This document shows, one piece after another, positions 52,900-64,000 of a stretch of DNA of 64,000 nucleotides. How positions within the stretch are numbered: position 1 is the first letter of the stretch; every line of letters begins with the position of its first letter. The stretch is from Octopus sinensis (taxonomy: Eukaryota). Location: NCBI RefSeq assembly GCF_006345805.1, contig NC_043005.1:96720001-96784000 (forward strand), in the 5' to 3' direction. The position numbers and the translations under genes are program-made. The notes under the pieces were generated by a model. The model did no database searches and had not been told where the DNA came from. It was given only the letters and a program-made list of their open reading frames with translations.

Positions 52900-53160
52900 T
52901 ATATAAGCAGAAGACTATGTATGGATATGTTAGTAGAAAGCTCCGTGATGATAGTAACATCGATCATCAAAGCAGTTTATCAAGGACCAATAGCCGGATT
53001 ACTAACTCTCATTTTTGAAGGGCATGCATTTGCAATCCAGGAACAGAAAATATCAGCCAAGTACCTGGTTCAAAAAAGGAATAGAGATGCAGGTAAAGCC
53101 GTAAAATGTGACAACCGATGCAAACTCGGTGAAGGGATGCACTTCGACACATGGTGGTAA
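52900..53160 (+). pseudogene. R4/Dong lineage D fragment
   Basis: HFEGHAFAIQEQKISAKYL...CDNRCKL. Confidence 0.65.
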
Positions 53161-53228
53161 AAAGATGTTGCCGAAGGGATATGATGCGACATTCAAGGGA
53201 ATTTTGGATCGATGTTAAACCTCGGCCA

Positions 53229-53670
53229 CCTTATTTTCGTTTTAGGTAGAAGCGGTCTAAATCACTGTATGTGTGGAAATTATGTGTGCTTGTTAGTATT
53301 TTTCCGGTTTTCACATCAATGGCTCGGATCTTATCAAGCGTCCAATCAAGCAGCCCAAATGTTGGTATGAGTACTGGCACTACAAACACATTGTGGACCA
53401 CTGTTTTATTGAATGCAGAGAGTTCTGAGGTCCAAATGTTCTTTATTCGGCTGTAATATTCTTTAGTGTCACGTGTTTTGTTACAGGTGCTACTGTAAGA
53501 TATATTTTCATCCACCCCTAGATACCTCTTCATTCCTGGTCAGATACAGGGGAAACAGTCAAAATATTAATGGCGATGTTACTAGTCTGTTTTATAGTTT
53601 TCCCCCTTTTCACAGCCATATAACAACATTTATCCTGACCAAACTCCAATACTACATCCTTTGAGAATGT
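53229..53670 (-). pseudogene. R4/Dong lineage D RT fragment
   Basis: LEFGQDKC, YLGVDE, KEYYSRIKNIWTSELSAFNK, SDLDRFYL. Confidence 0.75.
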
Positions 53671-54269
53671 ATGTATGTATGTATGTATGTATATTTGTAT
53701 GTATGTATGTATGTATGTATGTATGTATGTATGTATGTATGTATAGCTATGTGCAAAGTACTTGTGATCCCCTACCAAATTTAATCTGTAGCCTAGTTTA
53801 AAATAACCCCGATGTGTAACACTAATCATAATGCGGCACCCTGCGTAACATATCCAGTGAAGAAATATCGAAACACTTTTATGCATATTTCTCATATTTT
53901 GAATCTTTGAAAAAACTGGAGCAATGCACTTCAAGGTTTTTTTTTTGTTTGTTTCTTATAATTTTTTATATTATGCAAAGTAGAATGGATTTTTCTTGCT
54001 ATTCGAATCTTGGTGATTTATTAACTTTATGTTTTCGAATGGCGCAGGGGATTTTAAGTAGACTAAATATCATATAAGAAAAAAATTAATGATGTGTGGC
54101 TAAAATGTAACAACATAATTATATGTTTGGGACCAACTGCATCATTTTGGTACTCTGAACTTGTACGGAAACCCAACGAGGACACAAACGCACACACAAA
54201 TACACATTAAAAGTGCATATAACAACTGCATTCTACACCTTTCTATGAATTTTTGTGGACAGACAAGTT

Positions 54270-55200
54270 CGTGATTTAAGGAATAAAATGCTTTAGACAT
54301 GTCGAAGAAAGCAAAGTAGAATGACTTAGGTTACTCACAGCAACTGTCAGAAAGCTGGTGAGCACAGACGATGACATGGATAGTTCCAGGCGAAAGTTGA
54401 AAACCAGGTTCTGATTCAGGTAAGTGAGTCCACGATGGTCGGATGAATCGGCTAAATAGGATTCTTGCCAGAATTCTCCCAACAGTTGCTAAAGATATGA
54501 TTCCTCTGTAGCTGCAGTGTGCTGATTTATTTTCCTCCCCTCAAAATGGTAATAGTTGTTGCATTACTGAGGTCAATTTTTATCGATTGTTGCTTCTATA
54601 ATGAAACCTAATTTGAAGCTTTCTTGTGATTCGTTCCCAAATTTTATATCTCAGCCATTGGACTCCTTGTATTTATTTTACTTATTTTTTTTTTTTTTGT
54701 AGAGAGAAGGATTTCTATTCCGTTGGCGCAGCTAGGTTCATCGCTGTTGCCCAGTCATTAGTAACCAAGTCTTTCCATTAGTTTCTGGGACATGCATTCT
54801 TTTATAAGCTTTGTACCGTCTTTAGATCACTTATTTTAGGATCAAAGATTGCAGAAGTACAGAATAAATGTCTTGTGTCATGCATACTGGCTAGTTTCTG
54901 GATCTGCCATCAATTCTTCTTAATTGCACATTTTTTGTCTGCAACCTTTGCCTGCAGCAAGCTTTCATTTGGTAAGCTTAAATTGCCGTTTGCGTTCAGT
55001 TAACTGCATGATTTGAACGTTGTTCTCGTCAAATTGGTGTTTTCTTGGCGTGAAGCTCAAGGATTCCTGGCAAGCTTTAGAAATATCTGTGTTCAAAGCG
55101 TATCCTGTGTTTTCAGTGGTGTCGCACTGTTCCAGATTGATACATAGCAGAGTATGATATTGGCATTCTACCTTTACTGGCTCTGAGAGAGACTCAATGC
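54270..55200 (-). pseudogene. Degraded RTE-clade LINE
   Basis: RKHQFDENN, SKDGTKLIK, YRGIISLATVGRILARIL, PESEPGF, FFDMSKAF, with stops and frameshifts. Confidence 0.65.
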
Positions 55201-55582
55201 TGATTTTCCGCTGGTACAGTTTTGTTTTTCCTTTTTGCTGCTGATGTATATGTATGACACACATATACAAACAGATGTATGTATTTCCAGTTTTATTTCA
55301 AGATGTCTTGCCAATAGAGAAAGAAACGGTTTCTAAACTAGACCCAAGGCTCCGTCATTGGAATTTCAACATCAACAACAGGGTATTTTTGCTTGTATGT
55401 ATGCATGTATGTATGCATGTATGTATGCATGTATGTATGTATGTATGTATGTATGTATGTATGTATGTATGTATGTATGTATGTATGTATGTATGTATGT
55501 ATGTATGTGCAGACTTGTATGCTTTGTTTTATGTATGTATTCTCCTGCATATAGTTGCATATCTAGACATGCTCATATATAT

Positions 55583-55850
55583 TTAAATGATAAAACTCTG
55601 GAAAGTTTTACAGATTTTTACAGTTCCAGTGATGGATTGGATCTGTAGTCTTCGAATTAGCTTTCTCCTTTCTGACTTTGAGAAGCCTAATTTCACAAGA
55701 TTGGTATTTTGGAATTGTGTTACAAATCCCAGGGACCCAATAATTACAGGTATAAACCTGAACTTGTAATCTGGATAGAGTAACTGCAGATTTCTCAATA
55801 GTTTAGCGTAGATATTCTCTTTTTCACTGATCTTCAGCTTTATTTTAACA
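55583..55850 (-). pseudogene. R4/Dong C-terminal RLE fragment (possibly lineage D)
   Basis: RNLQLLYPDYKFRFIPVIIGSLG...LQIQSITGTVKICKTF. Confidence 0.7.
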
Positions 55851-55939
55851 GCCGATGGGCAGCTAATTTGTATGTATGTATGAATCTATATATGTATGTA
55901 TCAATCTATATATGTATGTGTATATATATATATATATAG

Positions 55940-56145
55940 TTAATCCAAACAGGAAAACACAAAGAGAAAACACAACAACGCGAGGACGTGGAACAAGTAT
56001 AGTGTTATTGGACGGTCAGGAAAGAAGGAAAAAAGGAGGGTTTAACGTTTTGAGCGGAGCTCTTCGTCCGAAACATAGGAAAAGGAAAGATCCATGGAAG
56101 GGAAGGCGGAGGAAAAAAAATCGCCAACGGTACACACGCGGTCGC
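55940..56145 (-). mobile_element. Short (TA)n-embedded repeat with hammerhead-like motif; partial copy at 22765-22848
   Basis: Shared GTTAATCCAAACA..GAAAACACAAAGAGAAAACACAACAACGCGAGGACGTGGAACAAGTATAGT. Confidence 0.7.
56040..56074 (-). ncRNA. Degenerate minimal hammerhead motif
   Basis: GUUU-CGGACGA-A-GAGC-UCC-GCUC-AAAAC-GUU-AAAC (two core substitutions). Confidence 0.5.
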
Positions 56146-56178
<33 letters not shown>

Positions 56179-56224
56179 ACACACACACACACAGACATAT
56201 ATATATATACACACACACACAGAC

Positions 56225-56316
<92 letters not shown>

Positions 56317-56318
<2 letters not shown>

Positions 56319-57186
56319 TTGATACTTTGATACTTTGATAGGTTTCGGCCATTATTGGCCCAGGCCATGTCTAACTTAATAGCACCACCTGGTGAAGTCT
56401 TTCAAGTCAGAATTTGGGCACTATGGCCCACTCAAGTAGAGAGTTATTGTTTACAGAGACATATCCGGTTGTAGGGGGTTTATCCGGGATTTCTTGAAGG
56501 AATCTGTCCAAAGACTTCTTGAACCCTATAGGGTCAGTTTCTGTTTTAATGTGTTTTGGTGTAATGTTAAAGAGAGCGGGGCCAATTGAGGTGAAATAAT
56601 TGTGCCGTATTGTTGTTATGAGATGAGAGTGCGATTTTTGTTTTGGGCGGATGGCACGGGGCCCAAGCCTTGGATGTACTTAAAGGTGATGCCAACATCA
56701 TTGGGCAATGCTGATGGAATATTTTCCACATCATGCAGATGATGTAGCGCTCACGACGACGTTGGAGAGAATAGAGTTTTAGCTTTTCTAGTTGACCCCA
56801 ATAGTCGAGGCTTGTCATGCCATCTATCTTTTTTGTGATTACCCTTTGAGGTGCTTCAACTTTTATGATACCTTGTATTGTGTGGGGAGACCACAGTGGG
56901 CAACAGTATTCAAGGTGGGGTCGGGCAAAAGTGGAGAAGAGAAGGATAATGGTGTGGATATCTCTCGACTGGAAAGTTCTGAGAATCCAGGAACACATTC
57001 TGCGGGCCATGTCAACTTTGGTGTTTATATGAGTGGCCCAGCTTATGTTGTTGTCCACAATTACTCCCAAGTCTCTGATGTTGTTGGACGCCGCGAGAGT
57101 TTCACCTGAAGGAAGGGAGTATGGGAGTTTCAGGGCATCCTCTTTTCCAAAGTGGATTAGCTCAAATTTATCCTCGTTCAGCAGGA
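56317..57186 (-). mobile_element. CR1/L2-group LINE 3' fragment (copy 1)
   Basis: RDLGVIVD, RPHLEYCCPLWSP, SLQRRRERY; 3' stem-loop GGCCA-ATAA-TGGCC and (TATCAAAG)n terminal repeats. Confidence 0.88.
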
Positions 57187-57410
57187 TATATATATATATA
57201 TATATATTTACAGAGAAAGAGAGCAAGGGGGGTGGAGTTTATACGTGTAGTCTAGCTGCAGACGTCATAAAAACTAATTTGTTTTATGATTACATATATT
57301 CACATATTATAATGCATCATCAGCATCATATGAATGCAAACACATATGTGCTCACACACACATACACAACCGCGCGCGCATACACACGCGTATTATAATA
57401 TATATATACA

Positions 57411-57441
<31 letters not shown>

Positions 57442-57540
57442 ATAATCTGTCTATGTATATAAATGCTTATCTATGTTTTAATATATTTGAACTACTCATA
57501 TGTTAATGTCATCAGAATTTCTTTAACACCATCAATATAT

Positions 57541-57582
<42 letters not shown>

Positions 57583-57584
57583 AT

Positions 57585-58456
57585 ACTTGATACTTTGATA
57601 CTTTGATAGGTTTCGGCCATTATTGGCCCAGGCCATGTCTAACTTAATAGCACCACCTGGTGAAGTCTTTCAAGTCAGAATTTGGGCACTATGGCCCACT
57701 CAAGTAGAGAGTTATTGTTTACAGAGACATATCCGGTTGTAGGGGGTTTATCCGGGATTTCTTGAAGGAATCTGTCCAAAGACTTCTTGAACCCTATAGG
57801 GTCAGTTTCTGTTTTAATGTGTTTTGGTGTAATGTTAAAGAGAGCGGGGCCAATTGAGGTGAAATAATTGTGCCGTATTGTTGTTATGAGATGAGAGTGC
57901 GATTTTTGTTTTGGGCGGATGGCACGGGGCCCAAGCCTTGGATGTACCTTAAAGGTGATGCCAACATCATTTGGGCAATGCTGATGGAATATTTTCCACA
58001 TCATGCAGATGATGTAGCGCTCACGACGACGTTGGAGAGAATAGAGTTTTAGCTTTTCTAGTTGACCCCAATAGTCGAGGCTTGTCATGCCATCTATCTT
58101 TTTTGTGATTACCCTTTGAGGTGCTTCAACTTTTATGATACCTTGTATTGTGTGGGGAGACCACAGTGGGCAACAGTATTCAAGGTGGGGTCGGGCAAAA
58201 GTGGAGAAGAGAAGGATAATGGTGTGGATATCTCTCGACTGGAAAGTTCTGAGAATCCAGGAACACATTCTGCGGGCCATGTCAACTTTGGTGTTTATAT
58301 GAGTGGCCCAGCTTATGTTGTTGTCCACAATTACTCCCAAGTCTCTGATGTTGTTGGACGCCGCGAGAGTTTCACCTGAAGGAAGGGAGTATGGGAGTTT
58401 CAGGGCATCCTCTTTTCCAAAGTGGATTAGCTCAAATTTATCCTCGTTCAGCAGGA
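57585..58456 (-). mobile_element. CR1/L2-group LINE 3' fragment (copy 2 of a 1268-bp tandem duplication)
   Basis: Identical to copy 1 apart from 1-bp indels; ORF 57675-58340. Confidence 0.88.
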
Positions 58457-58676
58457 TATATATATATATATATTTACAGAGAAAGAGAGCAAGGGGGGTG
58501 GAGTTTATACGTGTAGTCTAGCTGCAGACGTCATAAAAACTAATTTGTTTTATGATTACATATATTCACATATTATAATGCATCATCAGCATCATATGAA
58601 TGCAAACACATATGTGCTCACACACACATACACAACCGCGCGCGCATACACACGCGTATTATAATATATATATACA

Positions 58677-58707
<31 letters not shown>

Positions 58708-58859
58708 ATAAATCTGTCTATGTATATAAATGCTTATCTATGTTTTAATATATTTGAACTACTCATATGTTAATGTCATCAGAATTTCTTTAACACCATC
58801 AATATATATATATATATATATATATCTAGGTAATTATGTGTGTGCATACATACAGACAT

Positions 58860-58906
<47 letters not shown>

Positions 58907-59360
58907 TGCATACATACATACATACATACATGCATACATACATACATACATACATACATACATACATACATACATACATACATACATACATACATACAGG
59001 TTCTTGTTTCCTCTTTAATGCAACTAACCATCAATAAGGTATTATTAATTATCCAAGTCGTTGGTTAGAGTCGCAGTGGGGTCACAAGATCACCCTGCAA
59101 TCGTGTTCACGATCCGATTTCATTTCCCTGGTGGGTCCCCTTTACGACATTCGTTCCCCAATTTTCCCTTTTTCGTTTCCCTTTCAAGTCTGAAAAGGTT
59201 TGCTATAACGTTTGGTTGGGTTAGTTAACCTAGTGCATTCTTGAAAGCGATATTTATAGATCTGTCGGCATGAAAAACAAGCTGAAAAGAAGCTGAAATG
59301 ATGGAGTTGTGCTCTTCCGATTGAAAAAGGAACTTTTCTCTTTCACCGTCTCTCTCACTC

Positions 59361-59391
<31 letters not shown>

Positions 59392-59482
59392 AAATGCCAT
59401 TCGTTAATAATGACATATCGTCTGGCGATGGAGATATTTTTTAATAAATCAAAAAGTTATTATATGGAATTTTTTATACTTG

Positions 59483-59989
59483 TACGAGTGATTCAGACGT
59501 TTCCAAGATGGTCGAAAAATGTCGATATTGACTAACGTCCTGGGAGACCCGCAACCTGCAGAACTTAGAAAAACATCGCAGATGTGCGTGCAGCAGAAAG
59601 TTGAGCAGAGAATCTGCATAAAATTTTGCCAAAAGCTTGGCGAAACCTTCTCAGAGACCTACACAAAGTTTCAAAAAGTCTTCCTCATTATCTACACAAT
59701 CAAGGAGATTGAAACCCGAGTGTCTTTTTCGATCAGCTGAAAGACGTTTTCGCACAAACTTGGCAGATGCGCGTCTCATACCCAAATTTTCAGTAATAAT
59801 GGACTGAACTGAACCGTAACTAATCTGCACATCCTCTAATAACTCACGGATGGTGATTCATTGATTTCCCCCTCACAGCTGCACGCACATCTGCGATGTT
59901 TTTCTAAGTTCTGCAGGTTGCGGGTCTCCCAGGACGTTAGTCAATATCGACATTTTTCGACCATCTTGGGAACGTCTGAATCACTCGTA
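59483..59989. mobile_element. Mariner-derived palindromic element
   Basis: 112-bp inverted repeats (one mismatch) starting TACGAG; transposase N-terminal pieces on both strands. Confidence 0.85.
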
Positions 59990-60312
59990 CACTTGTGTGC
60001 TGCTCTTATACTCTTCACCATACTCTTTCTGCGACTTTGTGTAGGCCTCTGAGCAGGTATCACCATGACAACTTTCTCTGTCAAGGTCAAGGCGACGATC
60101 ACACCCTATACACACCTTCCTTCCAATCACTGCTGTAAACAGCAGAAGCTAGAGCATTAAAATTTAGTGCACATGCACAGCAGAGTACAAGGTCAATCTG
60201 TGCCAAGCAGCTTCCCTCTGCGTGCTTGAGCTTCGTTACTATGTCAACAATCCGGATACTTATTTACATTATATACATTCGACAGATACATGTCCTCATC
60301 TTGTTTGTTGTT

Positions 60313-60358
60313 AACACAACGTTTCGGCTGATATACCCTCCAGCGTTCTTCAGGCGTC
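60313..60358 (-). ncRNA. Minimal type I hammerhead motif
   Basis: GACGC-CUGAAGA-AC-GCUG-(10 nt)-CAGC-C-GAAAC-GUU-GUGUU. Confidence 0.7.
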
Positions 60359-60395
60359 TTGGGGAAATTTCGAACCTGGGTATTTTTTGATGTTA

Positions 60396-60444
<49 letters not shown>

Positions 60445-60445
<1 letters not shown>

Positions 60446-60988
60446 GAGTGAGAGAGCAGTGCATGCCATCAAAGTGACACTGGGGCAAAATATACGAAAC
60501 CCAATATACCCATCATGACTACCCGTCTGATAAGGGTACACCAGGCACATGCATCACAACCATATGTGCGCGACATGGTGATCTCATATCAATATAAACA
60601 GCACATGACCTTGCAGGTGGGGCCCAGTTAGAATTTTCTTCAGGTTGAGTAGCCCATCCCGCTCAAAAGGTCCCTGAATAAGGGTTGTTTAAGGATGTTG
60701 AAAGAACCACCCATGTTTCCAGAGGTGAATTATTCAAACCCCAAAGAATCCCTCTCAACACATGGCTATGATGCTCCCCCACTACTTCTGCTCGTGATCA
60801 GAGATGCACATATCGTCAGCCACTAAGGGACATGCTCAACTGGTTAAGGTCAAACAACTGACAAGCAAATCTGTGGTATTGAGCAGAATATTTGCTGTAG
60901 CCCATCTTTTATACCAAGACAAAACAATGTACATGATAACACTTCCAATCAGTTAAGATCAGAAGCCATGAGAGCCACTGCCTGGTAC
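60445..60988 (-). mobile_element. 560-bp AAT-associated repeat, missing a few 5' bases
   Basis: Colinear with the other copies; (AAT)n at its sense 3' end. Confidence 0.85.
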
Positions 60989-61174
60989 TCAAACGATCTA
61001 TGTACTTGTGATATTTTTCTGTATTTACCTCCAAACCTTCGTGGGCTATCTGGAGTAAACATTATCTGAGAGAAATTTTCTTTAAGTTGTAGAAATGCTA
61101 ACAAAATTTTTTTTGGCTGCTATTTCTACTAAGTTCAGTATGTGGCAAAGTAATTTATTTTACTAAGCCCTAAT

Positions 61175-61227
<53 letters not shown>

Positions 61228-61457
61228 ATATTATATAATATATATATATATATGTATGTATGTATGTATATATTTGTGCGTGAGTGTGTGTGTGTGTGTT
61301 TCAGTTTCCGTCTACCAATCTACTCACAAGGATTTGGTCAGCCCGAGACTATAGTAAAAATACACTAACCCATGCAGTTCAGAGGCAGGCTTCTTACATT
61401 ATTATTTACTATTCTGTATTTTATTATAGCCTTTATTTATTTTTTATTTTTATCTCT

Positions 61458-61564
<107 letters not shown>

Positions 61565-62099
61565 ACCATCTATCTATCTAGGTCCCATCGGCAGCCTTCA
61601 ACTTCTTATATACAAAAGTTTATTTTTTTTCATAATATATTTACACAACCTGTTATTTCTAGCGATATTTGCCTCGAGATTGACCGGTTGAAAAAAAAAT
61701 TTTCTCAGTCCTTATGATGTTAACTATGTGGTTTGTGTGTGTGCGTGTGTGTGTATGTGCACGCATGTTTGCACGGATGTATGTATGTATGTATGTATGT
61801 ATCTATGTATGTATGTATGTATGTATGTATGTTGGCATATACGTATGTATACTCACACACGTACTCACAAGAAAGCAGGCTTTCCCCCCCTGTCTGAAAC
61901 ACTGATCGATCTTTTGGGAAATTTTCTCCACATATGTATGTAGTTTTGCATGCTATTTACGAAAATCACATTCATGTTTTTACGAGAAGTTAATAAGAAA
62001 ACAAGTTACGAACCTTTATAGACTGAGATTTCTTTTTCCAGCTTTAGCCAATCAGAACTCTCCGTTTTCGATATACCGGAAATCGCAATTGCACGTGTT

Positions 62100-62780
62100 G
62101 GCGTTGATTTTATCCTCCCTACCACTATTACCCCCATAACCTACCCACACCGCCTTTACCAGTACTGTCATCACTACCACAACCGTTGTCACCAACATCC
62201 CCACCACCACCACCAAAACTACTACCATCATCACTACTAACTTTATTGTTACTGCAAATACCTTTCCAATCGCAATCTGGTAGAAAAACGAGGACATTAC
62301 AAAACATCTAAAGATGACAAAAATTTAATAAAAGCTGTTATCAGCTCCATTTTTGATGTTGTTGTCGTCGTTGTCGTTATTGGTGTTGGCGGCGGCGGTG
62401 GCAGCGGTGGCTGTGGTGGTGGTGGTGGTGGTGGTGGTGGTAGTGGCGGCGGTTACAGTAAAAGTTGTGGTCGTGATTTTCTTGATTGGGTTGTAGTAGT
62501 TGTGGTGATGGTGATGACGACATTGGCTGTTGTTGATATGCTGATGGTGGTGGTGGTGGTCTTAGTGGTGGTAATATTTCTTAGAGTAGTGACGGTGGTC
62601 TTCGATGAAATAGTGGAGACATTGGTTGGTGTAATGACGGTGGTGGTGGCGGTTTTGGTGGTGGTGATAGTAGTAGTGATAGTGGTGGTGGTAGTAGTAG
62701 TAGTGATAGCAGTGGTGGCGCTAATGACATTATGTGTTGATATTTTACTATTATGGCGAGTGTTAATGATGGTTTAATTA
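62100..62780. repeat. Degenerate (CAC/GTG/GTA)n low-complexity tract
   Basis: Cryptic trinucleotide simplicity; similar tracts at 15650-16080, 16810-17330 and 18440-19100. Confidence 0.8.
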
Positions 62781-64000
62781 GGGAAATTTTGTTGCTATGG
62801 AAACATGACAGTTGCGATTTTTAACGATAATGGGAGGTTCTGATTGGCTATAATCAGCAATTTTTTTTAATTTTAAAGGTCCATAACGGCTTTTACATCT
62901 AATATTTCAAAGAAATAAACGGATATAATTTTCTTAATTAGCCTGCATTGATGTCCAGGTGACAAAATCAGAGTTTGAAGGGAAGAGAAGTCATTTCCTT
63001 TGATTCCTAGCTAGAAGCAAATAGGAAATAACAGTTACTGGCCAAAGAAAAAGAAAAAATTCATTACACAGTGTAATGTGTGGGAGGAGGGAAGTTGTCC
63101 TCAGTCTGGAGAACTGAACTGAATCCTTGTAATAAAGTGGACCCTGCTGAAATCACCCAAGTTGATGTGATGATGGTGGTGTTAAAGTGAGTGACCAATA
63201 AAGTCTACCATTCAAGAACAGAAAATATCGCTCTGCTGGACTTGGTACAAGTAAGGCTTTGTAAGAGGTAAGAGATATACTTCCCTACGCCCATTGTGTG
63301 TTTTTGTGCGTGTGGTGTGTAGACATCTGTGAATTTTCATTTTTTTAAAATTGAGCAAAATGGTTCAAACGAAAAAGATCCGAGAGAGTATCATCACTAA
63401 TTGATCTTTGGGTACCTTTAACGCAATCTAATCTGATGCCAGCATTCGGGGAACACCTCTGGTTTGAGTATACTCTGTACACTCTATCCCTGCTCAGGCC
63501 ATATCCCCAAACATTCCACCAGATTATATTATTCCTTTGGATGGTGATGCCTAATGCTTGTTGGCCTTAATTTGGCAATTTCTCTAAGGGTCTTGCCATG
63601 CCTCCCATTTGTGTTGGACTATCATTTAGTCTTATGCTGTCAACTCTATTCTACACCTGTGAGTAGAGTTGAGTAGAGTTGAGCATACTGTCAAAATGTA
63701 GTTCTGGGTGCAAATAGTTACTCCACGCTGCTTGTAAGACGAGTCTTTCTATTTTACCGAAAATTTCATGATATTCAGCGTTGAGGAGAGGTCAGCGACA
63801 AAATACAGGTGAGAAACATATTTCCCTTGGTAATATTCCAGAGTTCCCTCCAGACAACATTCGCTCAAATTCCTGATCTCACTGCCTGATAGGCAAACAC
63901 TACCACTTTTACACGACAGTTTCTTCTGTCGAATATCGAACCCTGTGGTCTATTGGCACTCGCTTGCCCGTGACATCGACAATCCTCTATCATTTGCCAA

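Noticed and set aside
56340-56365. GGCC..GGCC-GAAAC on the minus strand as a hammerhead
   Set aside because: No CUGANGA upstream; better explained as the CR1-like 3' stem-loop.
63000-64000. Higher-complexity sequence, possibly a decayed LINE RT on the minus strand
   Set aside because: Only faint motif resemblance and no ORF; not supportable.

Overview
Eukaryotic, AT-rich, repeat-saturated DNA with one 100-N scaffold gap (5365-5464). The SINE families and microsatellite profile look octopus (coleoid cephalopod); this is my recognition, not a database result. I found no host protein-coding exon, rRNA, true tRNA or CRISPR array, and nearly all short ORFs in the track are microsatellite translations. 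The window holds: several lineages of R4/Dong-type (RLE) non-LTR retrotransposons, the recognisably intact copies all in (AAT)n and stacked in co-oriented arrays; a 560-bp non-coding repeat in the same arrays; an RT-deleted L1/Tx1 LINE; CR1-like and RTE fossils; two tRNA-derived SINE families plus an isolated tRNA-like head; non-autonomous Helitrons; Tc1/mariner and hAT remnants; and MITE-like hairpins. The three best leads: (1) a SINE shares its 3' 42 nt with the Tx1 LINE and has inserted, with a perfect 16-bp TSD, into the head of its own family; (2) minimal type I hammerhead ribozyme motifs with covarying stems lie in small non-coding repeats, including one on each arm of a ~940-bp palindrome; (3) the AAT-targeted Dong arrays have a candidate non-autonomous partner. 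Two tandem duplications and the large palindrome may be assembly artefacts.
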